Under the pieces are notes generated by a model that was given only the letters and a program-made list of their open reading frames with translations, ran no database searches and was not told the DNA's origin. From assembly GCA_039714075.1 (NCBI GenBank), contig JBDLKA010000032.1:1-34342 (forward strand): a stretch of 34,342 bases of DNA. The letters are read 5' to 3'. A program made the translations under genes and the position numbers. This DNA is from Candidatus Krumholzibacteriota bacterium (GTDB taxonomy: Bacteria > Krumholzibacteriota > Krumholzibacteriia > LZORAL124-64-63). Below are positions 1 to 8,877 of this stretch, in pieces (position 1 is the first letter of the stretch; the number at the start of each line of letters is the position of its first letter).

Positions 1-1044
1 CGTGGTCCCGATTTCATCCCCGGCGGGGCAACCTTCATACAGGAACACCTTGACGCCTCTGACGCCTCTTTCACCATCGTCCTGGCAACCGTTGCAGTCC
101 GTGTCGTACCACACGAAGTCGCCGATGCAGAAATACTCGGGCGGCGTCACGGGCACGGCCAGGCCGGTGCCGATCCAGGTCATCGAAGCCCCGCGGGGAT
201 CGGTGCTGACCACGGAGATCAGTTCCACGGTCAGTTCGGTCGCGCCGGCAGGCACGTCGACCTGCAGCGTGAGGGAGTCCCACTGGGGGCCTTCCGCGCC
301 GAAGAGGGGGTTGTCGAAGATCTGGTCGCCGGCACTGGTGGTGACCTTGATCTGGTTGGGACGGTTCTCACCGACACTGCCGGAGAAAACGATCATGTCC
401 GCGACCCGGTCGGCGCCTTCGGCGGCGAAGGTGAAGGTCTGGGGCACGGTGGCGTCCAAGGGGCTGGCAAAGTTGAAGTAGGCGCAGTCCAGGCCGTCAA
501 ACAGGGCCAGTTCGGCTTCACTGCCGTCGTCATAGACGACCAGGATGCTGGCGCCGTGGTTCTCGTCCAGGGTGCTGCCCGAGAAATCGAAATCGAAGTC
601 GGTGATCTCGAAGCTGTTCACTCCGGGAACGACCCAGCCTTCGGACGTGATGTCGGCCCGGTAGGCGTAGAAGTTGTAGTTCTCGAAGAAATTGGTCGGC
701 CCGCCGATCAGCGTGCCGGTCACCGGATTCCCGTTGACGGAAATGGTGTCGTCGCCGTCGGCTCCGGTGGTGCCGCCGGTCCAGTACAGGAAAGCCTGCA
801 CGACGGTGGCGCCGCCGGGAACGGTGACGTCGAAGTTGCCGGTGTCGGTGAAGCCCATGCCGACGCCGCCCTCGGCGAAGTTCGAGCCGTCAGCCAGCGC
901 GACGCTGGGCGGACCGAGGGCCTCGGTGCCGTCCTTGTCGTAGCCGGTCTGGGTGGCAGGTGCGGTCATGTCGGCTTCCTGGCTACAACCGGCAACCAGA
1001 ATGGCCATCAACATGAACACCATGATAATGCGAATGTTTTTCAT
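1..1044 (-). CDS. Surface lipoprotein with SdrD B-like domain, 3'-truncated by the window edge; paralogue of 1372..3279
   Basis: Translated by hand because it is absent from the ORF track (no stop inside the window). ATG at 1044 follows an AGGAGG RBS. N-terminus [20 protein letters not shown] has a lipobox. It is collinear with the 1372..3279 product (shared [30 protein letters not shown]) and enters an SdrD-B-like domain ([31 protein letters not shown]). Confidence 0.9.
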   Translation of the reverse strand, partial: MKNIRIIMVFMLMAILVAGCSQEADMTAPATQTGYDKDGTEALGPPSVALADGSNFAEGGVGMGFTDTGNFDVTVPGGATVVQAFLYWTGGTTGADGDDTISVNGNPVTGTLIGGPTNFFENYNFYAYRADITSEGWVVPGVNSFEITDFDFDFSGSTLDENHGASILVVYDDGSEAELALFDGLDCAYFNFASPLDATVPQTFTFAAEGADRVADMIVFSGSVGENRPNQIKVTTSAGDQIFDNPLFGAEGPQWDSLTLQVDVPAGATELTVELISVVSTDPRGASMTWIGTGLAVPVTPPEYFCIGDFVWYDTDCNGCQDDGERGVRGVKVFLYEGCPAGDEIGTT

Positions 1045-1154
1045 TGAAATCCCTCCTACTTTTACAGACCTGCACCCGTATGGAATTGATGAGTGCAAAT
1101 TACAACACCACAGAGCATCGCTCGTAAATCCAAACGATGGTTGTTTCAGCAAAT

Positions 1155-1183
1155 ATTATCTCAAATCAGTCCTGTTTTGTCAA
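1155..1183 (-). promoter_or_regulatory. Sigma70-type promoter for the 1..1044 gene
   Basis: Minus strand TTGACA-17 nt-GATAAT with an extended TGn. The same architecture recurs at 3383..3411. Confidence 0.75.
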
Positions 1184-1306
1184 CAACTCGGTACGATTTC
1201 CCAAAAAAAACATAATGAAAATTGCATTGTGCAATCATGGTTGGATTGTGAATGTCACCCTCAACAAACAAGATGCCCGACATGCCATGCCGCCAACCGG
1301 CACGAG

Positions 1307-1331
1307 AAAAGGGGCGATTTCTCGCCCCTTT
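1307..1331 (-). terminator. Intrinsic terminator after 1372..3279
   Basis: Minus strand AAAGGGGCGA-GAAA-TCGCCCCTTTT: a 10-bp stem with a GAAA tetraloop and T-run, about 40 nt after the stop codon. Confidence 0.75.
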
Positions 1332-1371
1332 CCCGCTGAAATTCCGGCTGCCTCAGGCAACCTGGATTGGT

Positions 1372-3279
1372 TTAATTCCATTCCTTCTGGTCACGGCCTG
1401 TCGGCGGGTGGATCTGGAAATTTCCACCGTCGATGTAACCGTAGACCTCGTACATGATGGCCGAGCTGTCGTCCATACCCTCGTAGATGCGGATCCGGTA
1501 GAAGTCCGGGCAACCGCAGTCGGCCAGTTCGGCACCGCCGTTGCGCCCGTATCCGAGAGGCTCGCAACCCTCGGGCTCGGTGTGACTGCCTGGTTCGCCG
1601 AGATCATCGATGTTGACCTCGAACCAATGCAGACTCTCACCGACATCAACGTGGTTGGCGATTTCCGCAGGAGCGCCCTTCATGTTCTTGAAGGTACCCA
1701 CACCGGCGAAATCGAGCTGCTTGGTCGGAGCCGGACGTGCCTGGACGCACCAGCCCGGATCCATGCATTCGATCCAGTCGATCTCGGTTCCTTCAGGCGC
1801 GCTGGGCGTGCCAGCGTGGAAGGTGAACGATCCCGCGGGACCCTTCTTCTGGTTGTGGGTCCAGTTGCCCCAGGGCTGGGGTTGCGAGGCCAAAGGAGCC
1901 CCCGCCTGACCGCCACAGGTGTACTCGTTGAAGCTGCCGTCCTCGAAGAAGAATTCATCGTTGCAGCCACCGGTTAGCCGGCAACCTTCATCTTCCACTA
2001 TGGGAATGAAAATACCCGCGTCCCAGGTCATGTCATGTTCGCCGGGATCAAGGGTCGTGCAGGCGGCCACGCCGGTCACGGGATCGGCATCGCTGTCCAG
2101 GGCATCGTCGCCGCCCTGGTCCTGCGGACTGAACACATAGCCGGCCGGCAGCATGAACTTGACGTTGTAGTCGCCGGGTTCCAGTTCGCAGAACAGGTAG
2201 TAGCCGCTGGCATCGGTCGTGGTCGAAGCAAGTTCGCCACCTTGGCAGTCCATCAGGTAGACCGTCACGCCCTCGACGCCGGCTTCGCCCGCATCCTGGA
2301 TGCCGTCTTCGTTGATGTCGTGCCACACGTAATCACCGAGGCAGGCCAGCGGTGGCGGTGTGACGGGGATGGAGAATCCCGCCCCGACCCAGGCCATGGA
2401 AGCACCGCGGTCCTCGACGGGATCGAGCGGGGTGACCGTCGAGATCAACTCGACCGTGACGGAAGTGTCGCCGGCCGGAATGAGGATGTCCGTCAGGCAC
2501 AGGGTGTCCCACAACAGGCCGTCGTCGCTGCCCAGGAGATTGTCCCGAACATCGTCACCGGCCGAAGTGGTGAATTTGATGGCGTTAGGACGGCCCAGGC
2601 CGACACTGCCGGCAAAGATCACCATTCGGCTCATTCTGTCCGCGGGCTCGGCCGCGAAGGTAAAGGTCTGGGGCACGGTGGCGTCCAGGGTGGGTGAGAA
2701 ATCGAAGTAGGCCATATCGAGGCCGTCCAGGACCGAGATCTCGGCCAGCGTGCCGTCATCGTAGATGACCATCATGCCGATGCCGTTGTTCTCGTCCAGC
2801 GAACCACCGGTATAGTCGAAATCGAATTCGGTGATGGTGAAGCTGTTGGCTCCGTCGGTCACCAGGCCCATGGCGGTGATGTCCGCACGATAAGCCGAGA
2901 ACCAGTAGTTGGAAAAGAAATTGGTCGGACCACCGATCAGTTCGCCGGTCACGTCGTTACCGTCGATCTTGACGATGTCGTCACCGGGCGCGCCGGTGGT
3001 TCCGCCGGCCCAGTAGACCAGGACCTGGTTGATGGTCGCGCCGACCGGGACGGTGATGTCGATGATGCCGGAATCAACGCCCACCATGCCGACACCGCCC
3101 TGGGCAAAGCAGCTGCCCGACGCGATGGCGATCGTGGGTGTCCCGAGAGTCTCGGTTCCGTTCTTGTCGTAATGGTACTGGGTCTGGGTCTGTGGCGCCG
3201 TCATCTCGGGTTCCTGGCTGCAGCCCACAGCCAGCAGTCCGATGGACAGCAAAACCGCGAGAATGCGAATGCTCTTCAT
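1372..3279 (-). CDS. Surface lipoprotein: N-terminal beta-rich domain, SdrD B-like domain, Cys-rich C-terminal domain resembling post-COAP-1-type domains
   Basis: Start reassigned to MKSIRIL (ATG 3279, RBS AGGAGG); the ORF-track start lies in the -35 box. Lipobox LAVGC. SdrD-B signature LGDYVWHDINEDGIQDAGEAGVEGVTVYL...TTTDASGYYLF...DSDAD...DAGI. C-terminal motifs TGG, DLGEPG, DFYRIRI, GGNFQIH. Confidence 0.85.
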   Translation of the reverse strand: MKSIRILAVLLSIGLLAVGCSQEPEMTAPQTQTQYHYDKNGTETLGTPTIAIASGSCFAQGGVGMVGVDSGIIDITVPVGATINQVLVYWAGGTTGAPGDDIVKIDGNDVTGELIGGPTNFFSNYWFSAYRADITAMGLVTDGANSFTITEFDFDYTGGSLDENNGIGMMVIYDDGTLAEISVLDGLDMAYFDFSPTLDATVPQTFTFAAEPADRMSRMVIFAGSVGLGRPNAIKFTTSAGDDVRDNLLGSDDGLLWDTLCLTDILIPAGDTSVTVELISTVTPLDPVEDRGASMAWVGAGFSIPVTPPPLACLGDYVWHDINEDGIQDAGEAGVEGVTVYLMDCQGGELASTTTDASGYYLFCELEPGDYNVKFMLPAGYVFSPQDQGGDDALDSDADPVTGVAACTTLDPGEHDMTWDAGIFIPIVEDEGCRLTGGCNDEFFFEDGSFNEYTCGGQAGAPLASQPQPWGNWTHNQKKGPAGSFTFHAGTPSAPEGTEIDWIECMDPGWCVQARPAPTKQLDFAGVGTFKNMKGAPAEIANHVDVGESLHWFEVNIDDLGEPGSHTEPEGCEPLGYGRNGGAELADCGCPDFYRIRIYEGMDDSSAIMYEVYGYIDGGNFQIHPPTGRDQKEWN

Positions 3280-3382
3280 CCTTCGTCCTCCTACAAATGG
3301 ATTGATCAGGGTGTCTTCGATTTGATTATTCTGTGTTCTCAACAAGTCGCCCAGGAACCGAGCGATAGTTTCCCCCGCAAAT

Positions 3383-3411
3383 ATTATCTCAGAACTATGG
3401 AGGTTTGTCAA
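3383..3411 (-). promoter_or_regulatory. Sigma70-type promoter for 1372..3279
   Basis: Minus strand TTGACA-17 nt-GATAAT with an extended TGn. The 15-mer TGAGATAATATTTGC is identical to the one at 1149..1163. Confidence 0.75.
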
Positions 3412-3545
3412 CGCAAGAGCAAAAATTCCTGACCTAAGGGAAAATTTAAAACCATTAGTCTAAATGAATTTTATCTTATAGAAATATTGACTGATTGATC
3501 AAAAAGGGAGGAATTCCCCCTGAAAACCAAATCCAAATCCCGCGC

Positions 3546-3575
3546 GGCCTATTCTTGGCCTATTCCTGGCCTATT
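3546..3575. repeat. Short tandem repeat, 11-bp unit GGCCTATTC(T/C)T, about 2.7 copies, overlapping the TPR gene stop codon
   Basis: GGCCTATTCTT GGCCTATTCCT GGCCTATT read directly from the sequence. Confidence 0.7.
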
Positions 3576-4461
3576 TTCCCAGTTTGTCCCAGACCGCGCC
3601 CATGTTCATACCGCCCGCTTCGGCGATGTGAGCGTGCTTGCGGGCATCCTTGCCGTTGTCCAGGTAACTGCAGGCGATACCCAGATAGGCGTGGGCCACC
3701 AAATTGTCCCTGTCCAGTTCCAGCGCCTTGCGGCAACTGGCTTCAGCCGCGTCGAACTGACCGAAACGGCAGAACAATCGCCCCTGGCGGGCATGAGCCT
3801 CGGCCGCGCCGGGATCCAAGGTCAGCACCTGCCCATAGGTGGTGAAGGCTTCCCGGTTCTTGCCCTGCTTCTCAAAGGAGCGCCCCAGGGCCAGCCACAA
3901 ATCCGGATTGTCGGGATCGGAGGAAATGAACTGCAGACAGAGGTCCTCGGCTTCCTGGGTTTCCCCGATATCCATCAGGCCATTGACCAGACGCACCCTC
4001 GGCAGCGCGTCCTGCGGCGAAAGCTCCAAAGCGCGGCGGTAGCACTCCACCCCCGCTTTTTTCGAACCGGTCCGGAAGTGGATCTCACCCAGGCGAATAT
4101 GCGCGGCCGTGTTCCCGGGTCCGATCGCCACGGCTTCACGGGCAGCGGCCTCGGCCTTGGACATCCTGTCCCGGGCCTCGTAGACCAGAGCCAGTTCGAC
4201 CAGAAGATTGGCCGAAGGGTTGGCCTTGTTCCGGCCGGTTTCCAGGACTTCCTGGGCCTCTTCCAGTTCCCCCATCTTCACCAGAAAGCGGCTGAAATTG
4301 ATGTAGGAAGCCGGATCCAAGGGGTTTTCCGCAATCAAACCGCGGCCTTCGACGTTGGAGGCCACCTCGGCCGCAGCCCCTGCAGGCAGGAAAAAAGCGG
4401 CCAGGCTCAGCAGGACAAAAAAACCGAAGCAGACAGGGCGAAAGGAATGGGATCCATGCAT
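3571..4461 (-). CDS. Secreted tetratricopeptide-repeat protein
   Basis: Start reassigned to MHGSHS (ATG 4461, RBS GGAG). Signal peptide ends in AGAAA. Multiple TPR-like units (AHIRLGEIHF..., LWLALGRSFEKQG..., AHAYLGIAC). Confidence 0.85.
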   Translation of the reverse strand: MHGSHSFRPVCFGFFVLLSLAAFFLPAGAAAEVASNVEGRGLIAENPLDPASYINFSRFLVKMGELEEAQEVLETGRNKANPSANLLVELALVYEARDRMSKAEAAAREAVAIGPGNTAAHIRLGEIHFRTGSKKAGVECYRRALELSPQDALPRVRLVNGLMDIGETQEAEDLCLQFISSDPDNPDLWLALGRSFEKQGKNREAFTTYGQVLTLDPGAAEAHARQGRLFCRFGQFDAAEASCRKALELDRDNLVAHAYLGIACSYLDNGKDARKHAHIAEAGGMNMGAVWDKLGK

Positions 4462-4654
4462 GGCGGATTCTCCGGTATTGCGGAATGGATTGGCAGAACT
4501 TCGTTTTTCGGACCGGTCCTCCCCGACCGTGGCACGGAAGGAACCGTGCACTCCTAACAAGTTTGATGCCACCACGAACCAAGGTTCACGACACCGTGGA
4601 CCAGGGCTCCCAATGCCCACCGGAAACCCCGAATCCAAACCGGATGTCGCGGGG

Positions 4655-5698
4655 TCAGGCTCCCAGGCGCTGCCTGATTTCCGCCAGGCCCAAATCGGCT
4701 TCATCCACCAGTTCCTGCAGGATATCCCGCAATGGCTGCACCTTGTTCACGATGCCCACGGACTGTCCGGCCATCAGGGAACCATGTTCGACGTCACCAT
4801 CGACCGCGGCATCCCGCAACGACCCGACCCAGTATTCCTCGACCTTGAACTGGGCGTCCTGACGGCTTATTTCGCCACTCTTCATCCTGCTCAACAGGTC
4901 AAATTGCAATTCCCCGAAGTGGCTCATGGCATGGTTGTTAAGTGCCCGCACCGACACCACCGGCAGCTTGGTGCTGTACTGGGGAGTGGAGATGGCCTCC
5001 CGGGCGCGCGCCTTGATGAACACGTTCTTGAAATTCTCGTGGGTGTTGCATTCCTCGGCCAGGACGAATCGGGTGCCCATCTGGGCTCCGGCGGCCCCCA
5101 TCAGGGTCAGATGGGTGATCATCCGGCCGGTGGCGATGCCCCCGGCCACGAAGATGGGAATGTCCGGGAACTGGAAGAGGATCTCCTGCAGCAGCACGAT
5201 GGTCGATACGTGACCGATATGTCCTCCGGCTTCACTGCCTTCCAGGATGAGGCCGTCCGCCCCGTAACTGATCATCCGCTTGGCGATACTGCTGGTCGAG
5301 GCGAAACAGAGCACTTTGGCCCCGCTCTTCTTGGCCTGCTCGACTTCCGATCCCCGGGGCAGCGACCCGGCAAAGACGATATGACCGACCTTTTTCTCGC
5401 AGAGGATATCCAGATGGGCCTGGTAGTTGGGGGCAATGGTGATGACGTTGCCGGCAAAGGGCTTATCGGTGAGTTCCCGGGTCCGGTCGATGTACTCGGC
5501 AAACATCTCCGGCGGCATGTTGCCGGCGGCCAGGACGCCGAAGGCCCCCAGGTTGCTCATCAGCGAGACCAGGTCCGGATCACTGATCCAGGTCATCGCA
5601 CCGCACATGATGGGCAGTTCGCTGCCGAGGAATTCCTTCCCCCGGCTCCAAATGGTATCGAGGCGGTCGGTGGACCGTACCGGATTCGGGGCGCTCAT
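4655..5698 (-). CDS. Nitronate monooxygenase / enoyl-ACP reductase II (FabK-like) FMN-dependent oxidoreductase
   Basis: ATG 5698 after AGGAGGA. Motifs LEGSEAGGHIG, VAGGI, QMGTRF and GSLMAGQSVG match the FabK/2-nitropropane dioxygenase family. Confidence 0.85.
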   Translation of the reverse strand: MSAPNPVRSTDRLDTIWSRGKEFLGSELPIMCGAMTWISDPDLVSLMSNLGAFGVLAAGNMPPEMFAEYIDRTRELTDKPFAGNVITIAPNYQAHLDILCEKKVGHIVFAGSLPRGSEVEQAKKSGAKVLCFASTSSIAKRMISYGADGLILEGSEAGGHIGHVSTIVLLQEILFQFPDIPIFVAGGIATGRMITHLTLMGAAGAQMGTRFVLAEECNTHENFKNVFIKARAREAISTPQYSTKLPVVSVRALNNHAMSHFGELQFDLLSRMKSGEISRQDAQFKVEEYWVGSLRDAAVDGDVEHGSLMAGQSVGIVNKVQPLRDILQELVDEADLGLAEIRQRLGA

Positions 5699-5797
5699 CG
5701 CAATCCTCCTGAGGCGAAAACACCGGCCCGGCCGGTGCGACAAGGACCTCCGAGCGGGGCCCTAGTTTGTTCCATCATCCCTTCATATAGCAGAAGA

Positions 5798-5831
5798 ACC
5801 GGGGATTGGCAACCGATGGCCCATCCCCGGT
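5798..5831 (-). terminator. Inverted repeat downstream of the Fe-S oxidoreductase, possible terminator
   Basis: 9-bp arms ACCGGGGAT...ATCCCCGGT followed on the minus strand by only a weak T-rich tail (TCTTCT). Confidence 0.4.
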
Positions 5832-5855
5832 CCTTCCGAATTTCCAATCCGGCCG

Positions 5856-7868
5856 CTAACGGTCCAGGTTGGCCAGCATCACCTCGGCGATGTCCCTGGC
5901 GGTCATGCTGTCGCCGCGGTCGGTCTCCTTGATGGCGTCGCCGAGCATGGTCAGGCAGAAGGGGCAGGCGGTGCAGACCTCGGCCGCGCCGGTGGCCGCG
6001 GCCTCTTCGATCCGGTTGTGGTTGATGCGGGTGCCCAGATCCTCCTCCATGAACATCCGTCCCCCGCCGGCGCCGCAGCAGAAGCCCTCGCGGCGGCTGC
6101 GGGGCATTTCGCGCTGCTCGACACCCTCGATGGCGCCCAGGATTTCCCGCGGGGCATCGTAGATGTTGTTGTGGCGGCCCAGATAGCAGGAATCGTGATA
6201 GGTGACGGCGACATCTTCGCCGCCCTTCAGCTTCAACTTGCCGGCGGTGACAAGTTCCGCCAGCAACTGGCCGTGATGAACCACCTCGACGTCCTGCAGG
6301 CCGAAGTCGGGGTACTCGTTGGCGATCATGTTGAAGCAGTGCGGACAGGCCGTCAGCACCTTGCCCACCTTGTATTTCTGGAAGGTGGCGATGTTGGCCG
6401 GCGCCTGCATCTGGAACAGGTATTCGTGACCCACGCGGCGGGCCGGATCGCCGCAGCACAGTTCCTCGGTGCCCAGCACGGCGTAGTCGACGCCGGCGGA
6501 ATTGAGCAGGGTGCACAGGGCCCGCAGCACGTCGGAGTTGCGGCTGTCGAAACTGCCCGCGCAACCGACGAAAAGCAGGTAATCGGCCTGGCCCTTGTCC
6601 CGCATGCGCGGAACGTCCAGTTCGCCGATCCAGTCCTCGCGGCCGGCGGCGCTGACGTTCCAGGGATTGCTGTTGTTCTCCAGGCCCTTGAGCGCGCCCT
6701 GCAGCACGGTGGGCACCTTGGCCTCCATCATGGTCAGGTAGCGCCGCTGGTCGATGATGTTGGGGATGTGGTCGATCATCACCGGGCAGGCGTCCACGCA
6801 CCAGCCGCAGGTGGTGCAGGCCCAGATCGCTTCCTCGTCATTGACCTCGCCGATCAGGGCCGGCCGGGTCATCGCCTCGATGGCCGCGGCCGCCTCGGCC
6901 GTTTTTCCCCGGGCCTTGAGCTTGCCGACGGTGACCAGGTGATCGCTCATCCCGTAGGCCTGATCCCGTTCGTCGACGATGATGGAGCGCGGCTTCAGGG
7001 GCTTGTCCGTCAGGTTGGCCGGGCACATCTCGTCGCAGCGGCCACACTCGGTGCAGGTGTACATGTCCAGGAAGCGGCGCCAGGAAAAGTCCTCCAGACG
7101 GCCCACGCCGAACACTTCGCGGCCCTCGAATTCCATCTTCTCCAGGGCGGCGCTCGGGGTCAGTCGTCGCAGGTAGACCGCGGGCAGGGCGGTGATGACG
7201 TGGAAATGCTTGCCGAAGGGCAGGAAGTTCAAGAAGGCCAGCAACAAAACGACGTGAAGCCAGAACATGCCCTGCCACCAGGCGTTGACCACCGTGGCGG
7301 TCTGGCCCGCAAAAACCCCCGCGGCGAGGGTGGACACCCAGGCCCAGCCCTTTTCGGCGTGGTCGGGCTGCAGGGTGAACATGGCCGCGTCGGCCAGGAA
7401 ATCGGTCACCATCAGCGCTGCGATCCACACCAGGACCAGCAGGGCCTCGAAACTCAAATGGAGGCGGCTGGGCTTGACGACGAGACGGCGCCAGATCGCG
7501 TACAGGATCGCCAGCAGGACCAGGACCGCAAACGTGTCCTTGAACAGCGCGTAGACCAGGCCCAGGGTCCCGCCCAGCAGGGGCAGGTGGAAGTCGGGAG
7601 AGTACCCCCGGCCGACCAGGGTCGCCGTCCGGGTGAAGATCACCAGAAAGCCGAAGAAGATCGTCACATGCATCAGCCCGGCCCAGCGTTTGTACAGCAA
7701 CCGCTTCTGGCCGAAGCCGATGATCATCAGGGATTTGAATCGTTCCCAGGGCCTGTCCGCCAGGTTCTGGTTTTCACCGGCGCGCATCAGCCAGTAGCGG
7801 TCGGCCATGGTCCCGATGAACATGGACATGGACAGGAACAGGAGGATGGACATGAAAACCGGATTCAC
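5856..7868 (-). CDS. Membrane-bound Fe-S oxidoreductase, FadF / heterodisulfide-reductase-related (transmembrane domain, two [4Fe-4S] motifs, two CCG domains)
   Basis: Hydrophobic N-terminal helices with histidines ([21 protein letters not shown]). Ferredoxin motifs [12 protein letters not shown] and [15 protein letters not shown] motifs ELCCGD..ACPHC and [16 protein letters not shown] start at 7868 is preferred; 7895 is an alternative. Confidence 0.9.
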   Translation of the reverse strand: MNPVFMSILLFLSMSMFIGTMADRYWLMRAGENQNLADRPWERFKSLMIIGFGQKRLLYKRWAGLMHVTIFFGFLVIFTRTATLVGRGYSPDFHLPLLGGTLGLVYALFKDTFAVLVLLAILYAIWRRLVVKPSRLHLSFEALLVLVWIAALMVTDFLADAAMFTLQPDHAEKGWAWVSTLAAGVFAGQTATVVNAWWQGMFWLHVVLLLAFLNFLPFGKHFHVITALPAVYLRRLTPSAALEKMEFEGREVFGVGRLEDFSWRRFLDMYTCTECGRCDEMCPANLTDKPLKPRSIIVDERDQAYGMSDHLVTVGKLKARGKTAEAAAAIEAMTRPALIGEVNDEEAIWACTTCGWCVDACPVMIDHIPNIIDQRRYLTMMEAKVPTVLQGALKGLENNSNPWNVSAAGREDWIGELDVPRMRDKGQADYLLFVGCAGSFDSRNSDVLRALCTLLNSAGVDYAVLGTEELCCGDPARRVGHEYLFQMQAPANIATFQKYKVGKVLTACPHCFNMIANEYPDFGLQDVEVVHHGQLLAELVTAGKLKLKGGEDVAVTYHDSCYLGRHNNIYDAPREILGAIEGVEQREMPRSRREGFCCGAGGGRMFMEEDLGTRINHNRIEEAAATGAAEVCTACPFCLTMLGDAIKETDRGDSMTARDIAEVMLANLDR

Positions 7869-7927
7869 GCGGGAGCCCCTTCCTTCACCACACATCGCGG
7901 GCGCTTGAAACCGCCCGTCGGGCCTTG

Positions 7928-7943
7928 CTGAATGATTATTCAG
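7928..7943. promoter_or_regulatory. Palindromic operator candidate resembling a TetR-family FadR box
   Basis: CTGAAT-GATT-ATTCAG palindrome about 60 bp upstream of the FadF-like start codon. Confidence 0.5.
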
Positions 7944-8018
7944 TGAGGATAAATCATGGTTCCCCCGAATCCCAGAAAAAAGAACCCGGCAAGGTGCGGG
8001 AGAAAGGGGACAAAAAAC

Positions 8019-8612
8019 CTACCGATAAAGGGCCTTGAAACTCCCGAAGGAGGATTTGACGACCGGGACGGCCGAGTCGATATGGATCAGGTCCCCGGTG
8101 CTGTGTCCAAACCCCAGGTCCAGGTTTTCGGGACCACGGATGTCCACGTCCTGGAAGATCACCGGGGTGGAACCGAAATCCAGCGCGGTGAAATGACAGA
8201 CGGCGATAGTCTGGGATTCGTCGTTGGTGCCGGCCAGGACGGAACTTGAAAAATGGATCGTACCCTGGGGATCCACATCCGTGTAATCGAAGAAAAAGTA
8301 ATCCTGGCCTGTTCCGGTATACCAGGGTCCCGGTTCGATGGCGTCGAGATGCAGCAGGAAGGGATCAAAAGCCAGGATGGCCTCCACACCCTTGACGTCC
8401 AGCCCCGCGCAGTCGATGGCGATGTCCACGGTGAAGTTCACCTCGGTAGGCAAACTGACCGTTGGATCGACGAACAACTCCTGCGCGACGGCGGGCGACA
8501 ACAGCATGGATGACACGACCCACGATACCACCAGCGCCAGGAGGCAAAAAAAACGGCGGCAGTGGTGCCTTTGCCCACCGGTCCGCCAGATGTCCGACCG
8601 AAACCCGCCCAT
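8019..8612 (-). CDS. Secreted cohesin-like domain protein with C-terminal SFGxFKxLYR tail
   Basis: ATG 8612 after AAGGGGGA. Signal peptide ends in AVA-QE. Cohesin-like pattern FTVDIAI...VKGVEAILAFDPFLL...IEPG...IAVCHFTA. Ends VPVVKSSFGSFKALYR. Confidence 0.75.
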   Translation of the reverse strand: MGGFRSDIWRTGGQRHHCRRFFCLLALVVSWVVSSMLLSPAVAQELFVDPTVSLPTEVNFTVDIAIDCAGLDVKGVEAILAFDPFLLHLDAIEPGPWYTGTGQDYFFFDYTDVDPQGTIHFSSSVLAGTNDESQTIAVCHFTALDFGSTPVIFQDVDIRGPENLDLGFGHSTGDLIHIDSAVPVVKSSFGSFKALYR

Positions 8613-8781
8613 GCACTTCCCCCTTGAAGCCCGCCGGTCGCACGACAGGGACACGGCGTAAAGAGATCAACTGGGGCGAGTCGTGATCCATTGCTGAGTC
8701 TAGCCCACCAATCATGATTTATAAAGCGAATTATTCGGTTTTAAATACTTTTTTTGTAGGAGCCTCCCTATATTCTCCCTG

Positions 8782-8810
8782 TTTACAAGCAGGCTCCGGG
8801 AAGATAGATT
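8782..8810 (+). promoter_or_regulatory. Sigma70-type promoter candidate for the 8878..14049 operon
   Basis: TTTACA-17 nt-TAGATT in an AT-rich divergent intergenic region. Confidence 0.5.
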
Positions 8811-8877
8811 TTCGGAATACTCGCTGAAAATCAGGAGAGGGTGTGCCGAAGCCGAAGGCCCCAGGAAGGAAAGACCC

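Noticed and set aside
1221..1235. ATTGCA-N3-TGCAAT inverted repeat upstream of the first lipoprotein promoter
   Set aside because: It is short, lies in AT-rich DNA and has no counterpart upstream of the paralogue, so it cannot be separated from chance.
3280..3411. ORF-track N-terminal extension of the lipoprotein (similar extensions at 4462..4704, 10303..10371 and 11618..11704)
   Set aside because: Downstream starts have better RBS and signal-peptide context or stop/start overlaps. The 3411 TTG is the -35 box.
3546..3575. 11-bp repeats considered as a CRISPR remnant
   Set aside because: The units are directly adjacent with no spacers, are too short, and no cas genes are present. A slippage duplication around the stop codon is more likely.
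5856..7868. Selenocysteine or stop-codon readthrough in the Fe-S/CCG protein or other genes
   Set aside because: The Cys motifs are complete within an uninterrupted frame, and no gene in the window appears truncated at an internal TGA or TAG.
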